Shown: positions 18,988-28,190, counted from the first letter of the stretch. The stretch: 64,000 nt of DNA from Myxococcota bacterium (GCA_039028615.1 JBCCHT010000024.1:96001-160000); one strand, 5' to 3'. Notes: generated by a model not told the origin, from the letters alone. Numbers and translations: made by a program.

Positions 18988-19635
18988 TTATTCGAGCGAT
19001 GCGGGGTCGATGGGCTCCGCCTCGGCGTTTTTCATCGTGGCCCGAATCTGGCCTGCCCACCGTTCGAGCTCCGCAATCGTCGTTTCGCGGGTCTCGTCGC
19101 TCGCGGGAAGCTGAGCGATTGCGCGCTCGAGCTGCTGTCGGCCGCGAAGGAGGCGAGAGCGGATCGTGGCGGCGGGGAGCCCCAATGCCTGTCCGATCTC
19201 GCTCGAGCTCATGTCCTCCCAGTAGCGCATCTCGAGGGCTACCTGCAGATCGAGGGGGATGCGTCGCAGGCCCTCGAGCAACAGTCGCTCACGCTCCCCC
19301 GTGCCGACGAGGGTGCTGGGCCCGGGGGCGAGGTCGTGCACGGAAGCCGAGCCGAGCCCATCGAGTCGATCGTCGGCCCGCCGCCTCCGGTAGTGCTCCT
19401 TGAGCACATTGTAGGCGGTGCTGAACAGGTACGAGCGAAACCGACCGTCTTCCCGCAACCGATCGCGTCCGCGGACACACGCGGCGAAGGTCTCTTGGAT
19501 GAGGTCGTCCTGATCGTCGCCGACCTTGTTGGCGAAAAAGCGCGAGACCGGGTCGAAGTAGCGGACGAACAGCGCCTGGCCGGCGCGTCGATCTCCATCG
19601 CGCCATGCCGCCAGCAGCTGCACGTCGTCCCCCAT
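18988..19635 (-). CDS. ECF RNA polymerase sigma factor
   Basis: LLAAWRDGD, DDLIQETF, FRSYLFSTA, region 4 SEIGQALGLPAATIRSRLLRGR. Confidence 0.95.
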   Translation of the reverse strand: MGDDVQLLAAWRDGDRRAGQALFVRYFDPVSRFFANKVGDDQDDLIQETFAACVRGRDRLREDGRFRSYLFSTAYNVLKEHYRRRRADDRLDGLGSASVHDLAPGPSTLVGTGERERLLLEGLRRIPLDLQVALEMRYWEDMSSSEIGQALGLPAATIRSRLLRGRQQLERAIAQLPASDETRETTIAELERWAGQIRATMKNAEAEPIDPASLE

Positions 19636-19676
19636 GAAGACGACGATAGCAGCCGCCGGCCTGCGGCGGATTTCGT

Positions 19677-21695
19677 TCAGCCCGCCGGATCGAGGAGCAT
19701 CAAGTTCAGCATGCCCTCTTCATTGTGGGTGCTGATGAACACGAGCCGGTCCCCGTAGGTCGCCAAGGTCAGGTGCTTGGGCTGGATGGGCAGCTGCGGG
19801 TCGAGCGTGGTCCAGCGATCGGTCGCGGGGTCGTAGGACTCGAGCGAGGGATCGGGGGCGAGCTTGCCATCGGGCCCCGTGGGAGCCGAGCCGCCGGTCA
19901 GGTACAGCTTGCCGTCGAGGGCCACCATCTTGCCCGACAGTCGCGGGTGCGAAGGGCAGCTGAACGACGACCACTTCTTGCTGGCGAAGTCGTAGTACTC
20001 GCAGGTGTCGACGAGCGCGAAGCCGTCCTTCATGCCGCCCACCACGTAGTAGCGGTCGTCGATGACTCGGCCGGCGAAGGCCCGACGCGGCTCTCGGAGC
20101 TTCAGGTCGGTGGCCTCGAAGCTCATCTTGGTCGCGTCCAGCGGTGCTCGCAGCAGCCCCATCTCGTGGCGGAACTGGTCCTTCTTTTCGCGTCGCGGGT
20201 CGTAGTCGAGGCCGCCGAAGAGCACGACCTCGTCCTTGCGCGGGGCGAGCCCGAACTGAGTGCGGCCTTGGCCCGGGAGCAGGCCGATTTCCGCCCATGC
20301 GTCTTTGACCGGGTCGTAGGCGAAGATCTCGGGGTGGGTCCGCGCGACCTCACCGTCGTGCCCGAAGCCGGCGACCGAGACGACCTGGCCCGTGGTCGTG
20401 ACGAAGGTCGACATCGACTGGCGCTTGTGCGGGTAGGGGGCGATGTCCTTGAAGGTGAGCGACGCGAGGTCGAGCGCCTGGCCGCGATCGGTGAAAAACT
20501 CCGGCCCGAAGTCGTGCTGGCCGAGGCTGAGGTTGCCGCCGAAGAAGTAGACCGCGTCTCCGTGTACCGCGACGCCCTGGCGGTTCTTGGACTTCAGGGG
20601 GAAGGGCAGGGCGAGCTGAATGCGGGATTGGTTCGGCGCTTCGATGGCGATGCGCTCGATGGGGCGGATGCGAGAGCCGCTGGCCATGCCGCGGATGCCA
20701 CCCAGCACCACCAGCTCACCCGCCTTGGTCGTCGCCATGCGGTGGAAGAAGCGGGGGTAGGCCAGGGTGGTGAGCGCGGTCCACTGCTCCTGGCCCGGGC
20801 GCCACTTCTGCACCACGCCGTCCATGCCGCTGACGATGATCGAGCCCCCGTGGGACACGGCCGCGGCTCCGAAGCCCGGGCCGGGCAGGGCCGGGCCCTT
20901 GGACCAGGTCTTGGTCGCGGGGTCGTAGACGTCGACCTCGGAGGAGGGACGTCGGTCGTCTCCGATACCGCCCACCACGACGAGCTTGCCGTCGGCTCCG
21001 CCCGCCGCCACGGCGCGTCGTTTGAAGGGAACCTCGATCGTCTCCCAGCCCTTCGACGGATCGGACAGGTCGAGTCGGAGCACGTTCTCCGACCAGCTGT
21101 GGCTCTCGCCGGCCAAGGTCCAGCCTCCGGCGACCCACAGCGCTCCGTCGATGACGGTCGCATCGTGCGAGGAGCGGGGCTGTGGCATCGGAGGCAAGGC
21201 GGCCCACGTGGAGGTGGCGATGTCGAAGACCTCGACGTTGTCGACCGAGTGCAGGTCGGCGTCTTGGCCCTCCGGGTTGCGGGCTTGCATGCCGCCGACG
21301 CGGATCAGCTTGCCTTCGTGAGCGACGAGGGTGACGCTCTGGGCTTTGTCGATGCCGCCCAGTCGAGACCACTTGCCGGTCTCGAGATCGAGGCGAAGGA
21401 GGTCGCCGGTTTGACCCGCCTCGGAGTACGCGTGGGGTCGACCGAAGTAGCCGCCCAAGACATAGAGGGAGCCGTCGTGCGTGGCAGCACCGAAGCTCGT
21501 GATGGCGGTCGGCAGCACGGCCGACGGACCCTTGATGTCGAGCTCGACCTCGGTCGCGGCGACCGGTTGGGAGGTGGACGCAGCCGCACTGGCGGGCTCC
21601 ACCGCGCCATCGCGAGGCGCGTTGTCATGGTGCGCGCAACTCGCAAGTACGCCCGCGATTCCCGTGAAGACCAGTCGATGGGTACGGTCGAACAT
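19677..21695 (-). CDS. Kelch-repeat (probably double beta-propeller) lipoprotein
   Basis: Lipobox LASC; about 11-12 kelch units (LYVLGG, LIRVGG, LWVAGG, LVVVGG, VYFFGG, VVLFGG, YYVVGG, LYLTGG; YDP...W). Confidence 0.92.
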   Translation of the reverse strand: MFDRTHRLVFTGIAGVLASCAHHDNAPRDGAVEPASAAASTSQPVAATEVELDIKGPSAVLPTAITSFGAATHDGSLYVLGGYFGRPHAYSEAGQTGDLLRLDLETGKWSRLGGIDKAQSVTLVAHEGKLIRVGGMQARNPEGQDADLHSVDNVEVFDIATSTWAALPPMPQPRSSHDATVIDGALWVAGGWTLAGESHSWSENVLRLDLSDPSKGWETIEVPFKRRAVAAGGADGKLVVVGGIGDDRRPSSEVDVYDPATKTWSKGPALPGPGFGAAAVSHGGSIIVSGMDGVVQKWRPGQEQWTALTTLAYPRFFHRMATTKAGELVVLGGIRGMASGSRIRPIERIAIEAPNQSRIQLALPFPLKSKNRQGVAVHGDAVYFFGGNLSLGQHDFGPEFFTDRGQALDLASLTFKDIAPYPHKRQSMSTFVTTTGQVVSVAGFGHDGEVARTHPEIFAYDPVKDAWAEIGLLPGQGRTQFGLAPRKDEVVLFGGLDYDPRREKKDQFRHEMGLLRAPLDATKMSFEATDLKLREPRRAFAGRVIDDRYYVVGGMKDGFALVDTCEYYDFASKKWSSFSCPSHPRLSGKMVALDGKLYLTGGSAPTGPDGKLAPDPSLESYDPATDRWTTLDPQLPIQPKHLTLATYGDRLVFISTHNEEGMLNLMLLDPAG

Positions 21696-21703
21696 CACAA
21701 TTC

Positions 21704-21718
21704 TGATAATCAGTTTCA
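21704..21718. promoter_or_regulatory. Fur box (7-1-7) next to the Kelch gene start
   Basis: TGATAAT-C-AGTTTCA against consensus TGATAAT-N-ATTATCA (2 mismatches), 8 nt from the ATG at 21695. Confidence 0.85.
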
Positions 21719-21771
21719 GGAAAAAAGTCGAGGAGCCCGTTCCATGCGGAAGAACACGGGGGTGAATGTCA

Positions 21772-21800
21772 TTGACAATGTTGATAATCAATTTCATATG
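21772..21800 (+). promoter_or_regulatory. Sigma70-type promoter with a Fur box in its spacer
   Basis: TTGACA at 21772-21777; Fur box TGATAAT-C-AATTTCA at 21782-21796; imperfect -10 CATATG 17 nt after the -35. Confidence 0.8.
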
Positions 21801-22304
21801 CAGGCCGTGGGACCCGAAACCGCACGCGCTCGATCGCTCTCAGCGCTGACCGCGATCGTATTGACGACGGGTCTACTCGCGACCGGTTGTGCCAAAGACC
21901 TCGCTCGGGCCTCGTCTGCGGCCATTGGGTGCCCTCCAGACTCGATCGAGGTCAGCGACGTCTCGGTCGGTTGGAGCCAGACGAGCTGGAAGGCTCGCTG
22001 CCGACAAACCGATTTCTACTGTGCCGGCGAGGTCACCGCCCAGTGCTCGCCCGACTTCGTCCCCGAGGATTCCACCAGGCAACCCGAGGGGTCGGCGGGG
22101 CCGCCGGTCGAGTCGGCAAGTCCGCCGCTTCGTGAGACCCCGCCAGATCAGTCGAGCGACGAACCTCCGCGTAAGGAAGTTGCTGCCGAAACGGTGACTC
22201 CCCCTACCTCCGCGGAACAGGAGCCGACCGCGCTCGAGCCCAGCGTCGAGCCGTCGCCAGCCCCCGCCCCTGCAACAGGACAATCCGATGAACCACAAGA
22301 TTGA
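21798..22304 (+). CDS. Small Cys-containing lipoprotein, first gene of the heme-uptake operon
   Basis: Lipobox LATGC; GCPP...SWKARC...FYC...QC domain; Pro/Glu tail. The start may be the in-frame GTG at 21807. Confidence 0.75.
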   Translation: MQAVGPETARARSLSALTAIVLTTGLLATGCAKDLARASSAAIGCPPDSIEVSDVSVGWSQTSWKARCRQTDFYCAGEVTAQCSPDFVPEDSTRQPEGSAGPPVESASPPLRETPPDQSSDEPPRKEVAAETVTPPTSAEQEPTALEPSVEPSPAPAPATGQSDEPQD

Positions 22305-23148
22305 GCTTCTATTGATCTGCGCGCTCGCGTTGCCGGCTTGCGGCGACGACTCCTCCACCCCGGGTGATGGTGATGACGACGGCGCGGCTGCGACCGACGA
22401 CACCGGGTCGGCATCGGAGCCCGCGACCTCGACCACCGCAGGCGAGGAGGGTGACGAGACCGCTGCCGCCACCGAGGAGGAGGACGGCGGAACCGACGAG
22501 GAGACGGGCGAGCCCGGAGGTGACTGTACCGATCAGATGATCCAGGACCTCGGTCTGGTCGAAGGCCAGACGAGCGCGGGGGTGGTCGGCAACACGGCCG
22601 ATGGCGATGGCTTCGCTTCGACGGTCGATGCGACCGCGGGTGGAATCACCATGGCTCCGCAGAACCCGTGGCTCTACCTTCGCTTCACCGCCGAGGGCCT
22701 CGAGAAGGTCGACGTCGACGATCTGCAGGCTCTCGAGTCCGCCGATTGGGACATCGCGGCCAAGCGCTTCGGCATTCGCCTCAACGGTGGAGTGAGCGGC
22801 CCGTCCACGGTGTCCGCCGCCGCGCTCGAAGGCACGGCCTACGAGGACGTGACCGAGCTTCCCGAGGGAACCGAGCTTCGGACCGAGTCGTTCTACGACG
22901 CCGAGTGCAACCTCATCGACGACGGCAGCGGCCAGGGGTCGCCGGGCTACGAGCTCACCCCGTGGTGGGGCTACAACGGCTGCGTCAACACGACGGGAAC
23001 CCCCTTCGTCCTCGAACTGGCCGACGGAAGCCACGTCAAGCTCGTGGTCGACGCCTATTACATGACGGGTCAGCAAGAATGTAACGAGACTGGCTCCATG
23101 GGGATGGGGTCGGCCAACTTCGCCTGGCGATGGGCATACCTGCAATAG
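22288..23148 (+). CDS. hmuY: HmuY family heme-binding lipoprotein
   Basis: Lipobox LPAC; VDATAGG...WLYLRF...DWDIAAKRFGIRLNGGVSG...VKLVVDAYY. Confidence 0.88.
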   Translation: MNHKIELLLICALALPACGDDSSTPGDGDDDGAAATDDTGSASEPATSTTAGEEGDETAAATEEEDGGTDEETGEPGGDCTDQMIQDLGLVEGQTSAGVVGNTADGDGFASTVDATAGGITMAPQNPWLYLRFTAEGLEKVDVDDLQALESADWDIAAKRFGIRLNGGVSGPSTVSAAALEGTAYEDVTELPEGTELRTESFYDAECNLIDDGSGQGSPGYELTPWWGYNGCVNTTGTPFVLELADGSHVKLVVDAYYMTGQQECNETGSMGMGSANFAWRWAYLQ

Positions 23149-25118
23149 CGTGGTTTGCCAGTCTGGCCTCGGCACTGGTCCTCGCCCCGGCACCCTCCGA
23201 AGAAGGGACCGCGGGTGCGGGCGGTGACGAGGCCGATGCGTCCGACGTGGGCGCGGCCGAGGATGACGACCCCGAGGTCGAGGACCCCAGTACGCGCACG
23301 ATCGTCGTGACCGGTACCCGGACCGAGCGTCGCTTGTCGGACTCGCCGGTCGCGACTCAGGTCTACGACCGCCAGGAGATCGAGGACACGGGCGGCGAGA
23401 ACCTGGCCGAGGTGCTCGACAAGACGCCGGGGGTCCAGGTCTCTCGGGGCATCGGCGGCGTGGGCATTCGCCTCCAGGGGCTCGATCCCAACTACACGGT
23501 CATCCTGGTCGACGGACAGCGGACGACCGGGCGCATCAACGGGGTGCTCGACCTGTCGCGCTTTCCCGCCGAGCAGATCGAGCAGATCGAGATCGTGCGG
23601 GGCCCGTCTTCGATCCTCTATGGCGCCGACGCGCTCGCGGGTGCCATCAACCTGATCTCGCGTCGTCCCCGTCGCCTCCACGAAGAAGAGGCCCACTTCG
23701 CGTACGGTTCCTTCGGCACCATCGATGCCACCACGCGAGCCGGGCTTTCGCTTCGGCGCTATCGAGGCTCGGTGGGGGCCGGCTTTCACCGTACCGACGG
23801 TTGGGACGCGGATCCATCCGACCTCACCACGACCGGGCCGGAGTCGACACAGTACAACTTCTTTACGACGCACAATTACGACGCCAAGGGACCATGGTCG
23901 TTGGCGGGTAGCGGTAGCTACCTGCGTCGTGATGGGCGCCTGATCGACGCGCAAGCGACCGGGGCCGTCTTCGATCGGTACAACCGAACCGAGGCGGTGC
24001 AGGCCTCGTTCACTCCTCGAATCGAGGGGCGTAGGTCACGGCTCACCCTCAACACCAGCTACAGCCTCTTCCGCGACCAGTTCCTGCAGGACCAGCGGGG
24101 CTCGACCGAGCTCGACCAGTCGCAGGAGACCTACGATCACCTGGGGCAGGTGACGCTCCAGTACGACCAAGAGATTCGTCGGCACGTGGTGAGCACCGGG
24201 TTCGACACGCAGCTCGAGCAGCTCCGAACCCAGCGAATCGACCCTCCCGACGTCGATCGGCAGCGCTACGCCATCTTCGCTCAGGACGAGTGGACTCCGA
24301 CGCTGGCGCCGAAGATCGTGGTCCTGTCGGGAATTCGGCTGGACTACGACACCTACTTCGGCCTGTATCCCACGCCGCGGATCTCCACCATGGTGGTGCC
24401 GAACGAGCGCTGGACGCTGCGGGCGAGCTACGGCCGCGGCTACCGGGCGCCCTCGTTCCGGGAGATGTTCCTGCTCTTTTCCAACCCCAGCGTGGGGTAC
24501 ATGGTGCAGGGCAACCCGGGGCTTCGCGCGGAGACCTCCTGGAGCACCTCGATCTCCGCCGAGTACCGCCCCTGGAGCTGGGCGTGGATGTCGGTCAACG
24601 TGTTCGACAACCGCCTGCAGGACACGATCGTCACCGACACCATCGACACCGGGGACGAGGGCGGGCTGACCTTGTTCCAGTACGTCAACATCGGCGAGGC
24701 GACGACCCGAGGGGTCGAGGCCCAGGCCAACGTGACCATCCTGAAGCGCCTGAGCCTGGACGGCTCGTACACGTTCTTGCACTCGTACGACCACGCTTCG
24801 GGCAACCCGCTGCCGGGGCGAGCGGGCCACTCCGGCACCGCCGGGCTGCGCTACTACCGACCGGCGTCGGGGACGACCATGCGCGTGCGGAGTTCGATCT
24901 TCGGAGAGCGCACCTTCACCGGGGGCGTCGACGACGACGGCGAAACGGAACTCACGACGAGCCCCGCCTTCGTGACCATGGACCTGCGAGTCGGTCAGCA
25001 GGTGTGGCAGTACGTCCAGCTCTTCGCCGGGGTCGAGAACATCCTGAACGCCGGCAACGCGACCGACAACCCCATTCAACCCCGAACCTACTATGGCGGC
25101 TTGACCATCCGTCATTGA
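23130..25118 (+). CDS. TonB-dependent outer membrane receptor (probable heme receptor)
   Basis: TonB box TIVVTGTRT; plug LQGL...ILVDG...IEQIEIVRGPSSILYGADALAGAINLI; GYRAPSF, GNPGLRAE; C-terminal PRTYYGGLTIRH. Confidence 0.95.
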   Translation: MGIPAIAWFASLASALVLAPAPSEEGTAGAGGDEADASDVGAAEDDDPEVEDPSTRTIVVTGTRTERRLSDSPVATQVYDRQEIEDTGGENLAEVLDKTPGVQVSRGIGGVGIRLQGLDPNYTVILVDGQRTTGRINGVLDLSRFPAEQIEQIEIVRGPSSILYGADALAGAINLISRRPRRLHEEEAHFAYGSFGTIDATTRAGLSLRRYRGSVGAGFHRTDGWDADPSDLTTTGPESTQYNFFTTHNYDAKGPWSLAGSGSYLRRDGRLIDAQATGAVFDRYNRTEAVQASFTPRIEGRRSRLTLNTSYSLFRDQFLQDQRGSTELDQSQETYDHLGQVTLQYDQEIRRHVVSTGFDTQLEQLRTQRIDPPDVDRQRYAIFAQDEWTPTLAPKIVVLSGIRLDYDTYFGLYPTPRISTMVVPNERWTLRASYGRGYRAPSFREMFLLFSNPSVGYMVQGNPGLRAETSWSTSISAEYRPWSWAWMSVNVFDNRLQDTIVTDTIDTGDEGGLTLFQYVNIGEATTRGVEAQANVTILKRLSLDGSYTFLHSYDHASGNPLPGRAGHSGTAGLRYYRPASGTTMRVRSSIFGERTFTGGVDDDGETELTTSPAFVTMDLRVGQQVWQYVQLFAGVENILNAGNATDNPIQPRTYYGGLTIRH

Positions 25119-25129
25119 GGACCAGCGTC

Positions 25130-25750
25130 ATGAACAAACCGAGCCTCACGATCCTTCTCGCCAGCTTTGCCGTCGCGTGTGCCCCCTCTTTGGGAGAGGG
25201 CGCCGACGCGGGGGCCGATGACGCGGGCGAGGTGAACCCGGAGAACGGCCCCAACGTCGAGCATCTCGAGCAGGAAGAGGGCGGGGCGTGGCTCACTCGG
25301 GTCGATGCCACCTCGGACGAGGATTGGGTGTACCTCGATCTCGCCACCGGGACTCAGCTCGAGGTCGACGATCCGATGGAGGACCTCGACTGGGACATCG
25401 CCTTCCTTCGCTTTCACGTGAAGATCAACGGCGGCATCTCGGGGATGGCCGACGCCGAGGCGGCGCGGCTCGACGGTGCCGACTTCGACACCCTCGAGCA
25501 GGCTCCGGTCGACGGGTACCGCACCGACGAGATCGATGGTGACGACGACGACGAGCACCCCGACTACGCGATCCGGGACTGGTACGACTACAACATCATG
25601 ACGCACATCCTGACCCCGGCCAACGCGGTCTACGTGCTGCGCATCGGTGACACCGGGGACCACTACCGGATCGGGTTCCAGAACTACTACGACGACGCTG
25701 GCACGTCGGGCTACCAGACCTTCCTCTGGAGTCCGATCGCCGGCGATTGA
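25130..25750 (+). CDS. hmuY: Second HmuY family lipoprotein
   Basis: GAGG RBS; lipobox AVAC; VDATSDEDWVYLDL...DWDIAFLRFHVKINGGISG...WYDYNIMTHILTP...NYYDDAGTSG. Confidence 0.9.
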   Translation: MNKPSLTILLASFAVACAPSLGEGADAGADDAGEVNPENGPNVEHLEQEEGGAWLTRVDATSDEDWVYLDLATGTQLEVDDPMEDLDWDIAFLRFHVKINGGISGMADAEAARLDGADFDTLEQAPVDGYRTDEIDGDDDDEHPDYAIRDWYDYNIMTHILTPANAVYVLRIGDTGDHYRIGFQNYYDDAGTSGYQTFLWSPIAGD

Positions 25751-25778
25751 GCCATACACCACCAACGAGACTCCACCC

Positions 25779-26369
25779 ATGCATACGCGACTAATCCGCT
25801 CCCTTTTCCTCTCCGCCGCCGTTGCCGGCTTCGCCGGTTGTGGCGACGACTCGACGGGCGACAGCTCCGACTCGGCGAACGACGACGACACCACCACGGA
25901 CGCGGCCACCACCGAGGTGGCCACGAGCGAAGTGGCGACCACCGACGTGGCGACCACCGACGCCTCGACCACCGATGCCGCGACCACGGACGCCGAGACG
26001 ACCGACGCAGCCACCACCGACGCCGAGGACGAGAGCACCTCCGACGACGCGACGGCCGGGGCCATCGACGTCACCGTCAACTACGACGGGGCAGGCGAGG
26101 GCACCCTGACGGTGGTGGTCAACACCTCGTTCCCGCCGATGGGCCCGCCGGTCGCCTTCGTGACCGACATGGAGCCCACCTTCCCGTGGGAGGGCAGCAT
26201 CCCCGACGTGCCGGTCGGCGACTACTTCGTGTTCGCCGTGCTCGACATCGGCAACGACAACCCGACCATCCCCGGTCCCGAGGACGCCCAGAGCGACGCG
26301 GCCGAGGTCGCCGTGGACGGAGCGGGCCCCTTCCCGGCCGAGGTCACGCTGGTCGACCCGGCCCAATAG
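25779..26369 (+). CDS. Lipoprotein with a Thr-rich repeat stalk and a small Ig-like domain
   Basis: Lipobox FAGC; (D/E)xxTT repeats; C-terminal FPPMGPPVA...FPW...YFVFAVLD. Confidence 0.8.
   Translation: MHTRLIRSLFLSAAVAGFAGCGDDSTGDSSDSANDDDTTTDAATTEVATSEVATTDVATTDASTTDAATTDAETTDAATTDAEDESTSDDATAGAIDVTVNYDGAGEGTLTVVVNTSFPPMGPPVAFVTDMEPTFPWEGSIPDVPVGDYFVFAVLDIGNDNPTIPGPEDAQSDAAEVAVDGAGPFPAEVTLVDPAQ
25899..26027 (+). repeat. 15-nt (pentapeptide) tandem repeat, about 8 units
   Basis: DAATT EVATS EVATT DVATT DASTT DAATT DAETT DAATT. Confidence 0.85.
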
Positions 26370-26403
26370 GTCGAGACACGCCGCGGCCGAGCCGTGAGCG
26401 ACG

Positions 26404-26446
26404 AGGACGACGCGCGAAGGGAGCTCGCGCGTCGTCCTTTTTCTTT
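26404..26446 (+). terminator. Rho-independent terminator ending the heme-uptake operon
   Basis: Perfect 14-bp stem AGGACGACGCGCGA/TCGCGCGTCGTCCT, 7-nt loop, then TTTTCTTT. Confidence 0.9.
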
Positions 26447-26461
26447 CGGTACCCTCTGGCG

Positions 26462-27496
26462 ATGCCTCTGCACGATCGCTATCGCCAAGGCCTGCACGAG
26501 ATCGCCGATGGCGTGTGGGCGTGGCTGCAACCGGATGGCTCGTGGGGGCTGAGCAATGCGGGGCTGCTGACCGACGGTGATGCGTCGATGCTCGTGGACA
26601 CGCTCTTCGACGTGCCGCTGACCCAGGCGATGTTGAAGGCCATGCGGGACGCGACCCCGGCTGCGCGCGACCTGGACGTGGTCGTCAATACGCACGCCAA
26701 CGGTGACCACTGCTGGGGCAATCAGCTGTGCGGTGGGGCGGAGATCGTGGCGTCGACCAAGGCGGCCGAGGAAATGCAGCGGCTCGATCCCGCGTTGGTG
26801 GCCAAGCTGGCCGCGGTGAGTCGGCTCGCGGTCAAGACCGGCGCAGTGGGCCGCATCGCCGGGCGTATGCTGTCGCGCTTGGGCGTTCGGCAGCTGGGGG
26901 CGGTGCTCGAGGCGAGCGACCTGCTCGATCGAGCCTTCGGCCGCTTCGACTTCGGCAGCGTGACCCTCACCCCGCCCACGCGGACCTTCGACGAGCACCT
27001 CCAGCTCACGGTGGGGGACACGGCGGTCGAGCTGTACGAAGTCGGGCCTTGCCACACCACGGGGGACGTCATCGTGCACGTGCCGAGCCGGGACATCGTG
27101 TTCACGGGGGACATCCTGTTCGTCGAGGCTCACCCCATCGTGTGGGAAGGGCCGGTCTCGCGCTGGATCGAGGCCTGCGATCGGATCCTCGAGCTCTCGC
27201 CCGCGTACATCGTGCCTGGTCATGGACCCTTGGCCGAGCCGTCGGACGTCCGCAACGTGCAGCACTACCTGCGCTACCTGTACGAGGAATCGGGCAAGCG
27301 CCACGCGGCGGGCATGAGCGCCCAGGATGCCGCCAAGGACATCTCGTTGGCCGAATTCCGGCACTGGGGCGAGGCCGAGCGCGTCGCGGTCAACGTGCGG
27401 ACGATCTATCGCGAGCTGGACGGCGAGACCGGATCCGAAGACGTGGTGGCGCTGTTCGGGCTCATGGCCGAGCTCGGGCGACTGCCGAGCCACTGA
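26462..27496 (+). CDS. MBL-fold metallo-hydrolase (cyclase-like subgroup)
   Basis: WGLSNAG, LVDT, NTHANGDH, HTTGD, FTGD, VPGHG. Confidence 0.92.
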   Translation: MPLHDRYRQGLHEIADGVWAWLQPDGSWGLSNAGLLTDGDASMLVDTLFDVPLTQAMLKAMRDATPAARDLDVVVNTHANGDHCWGNQLCGGAEIVASTKAAEEMQRLDPALVAKLAAVSRLAVKTGAVGRIAGRMLSRLGVRQLGAVLEASDLLDRAFGRFDFGSVTLTPPTRTFDEHLQLTVGDTAVELYEVGPCHTTGDVIVHVPSRDIVFTGDILFVEAHPIVWEGPVSRWIEACDRILELSPAYIVPGHGPLAEPSDVRNVQHYLRYLYEESGKRHAAGMSAQDAAKDISLAEFRHWGEAERVAVNVRTIYRELDGETGSEDVVALFGLMAELGRLPSH

Positions 27497-27515
27497 GCGT
27501 GCGCCCTCGTCTCGC

Positions 27516-28115
27516 TCACTCCGACTCGGGCGGGTCCATCGCAGGGCCGATGGCCCGGGTCACCCGATCGGCGACCTGGGTCGCCAGCGAACGATCGATG
27601 CCCAGGCGCTGCATGTGCCCATCGACGAACATCGTGGCGAGGCCGTGGGCCATCGCCCGGGCGGCGACCTGAAAGAGCACGGCGTCGTCTCGCTCGTTGG
27701 GGTCGCGCAGGACCTCGGCCGCGCGCAGCCAGAAGCGATCGTTGTCGACGGGGGTATCTTCGGCGGTCGCATACTCGGGCATGCTCATCACGCGGAAGTA
27801 CCCGGGGTGGTCGGCGGCGAACTGAATCGACGCGATGCCCATGGCACGGAACTGCTCCATCGGGGTGTCGTCGGCGGCCGACTGGGCTGCGGTCATCATC
27901 TCGGCGAGACGCTCCATGCCTTCGGCGAACAGCGCCTGCATCAGCTCGCGGCGCCCGGCGAAGTGTCGGTACGGCGCGGCGGAGGACACTCCTGCGGCAC
28001 GCGCTGCTTCCGCCACGGTAAACCCGTCGGGTCCTTTCTCCTCGACGAGCCGAAGGGCTGCATCGAGCAGAGCACGCCGCAAGTGCCCGTGATGATATCC
28101 CTTTCTCGAAGGCAT
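27516..28115 (-). CDS. TetR family regulator (WHG-like)
   Basis: YHHGHLRRALLDAA...FTVAEAARAAGVSSAAPYRHF; MAHGLA. Confidence 0.95.
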   Translation of the reverse strand: MPSRKGYHHGHLRRALLDAALRLVEEKGPDGFTVAEAARAAGVSSAAPYRHFAGRRELMQALFAEGMERLAEMMTAAQSAADDTPMEQFRAMGIASIQFAADHPGYFRVMSMPEYATAEDTPVDNDRFWLRAAEVLRDPNERDDAVLFQVAARAMAHGLATMFVDGHMQRLGIDRSLATQVADRVTRAIGPAMDPPESE

Positions 28116-28132
28116 GTAAGAACGCTTTACAT
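28114..28132. promoter_or_regulatory. Palindromic operator overlapping the tetR start
   Basis: ATGTAA-N7-TTACAT. Confidence 0.65.
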
Positions 28133-28151
28133 TGGATGATCCATGAAGTAA

Positions 28152-28174
28152 ATGTAAGTAAGTCTTACTCACAT
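28152..28174. promoter_or_regulatory. Second palindromic operator before the carotenoid oxygenase
   Basis: ATGTAAGTAAG-T-CTTACTCACAT: 11-bp arms, one mismatch. Confidence 0.7.
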
Positions 28175-28190
28175 CTCCAAGGCACCTCCT

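Noticed and set aside
19725..21797. 5' part of the 859-aa plus-strand ORF
   Set aside because: Antisense shadow of the Kelch gene. Only the part from 21798 looks like a real lipoprotein.
25899..26027. Short tandem repeats here and at about 39410-39520 as possible CRISPR or contingency loci
   Set aside because: They are in-frame, degenerate peptide repeats with no unique spacers and no cas genes.
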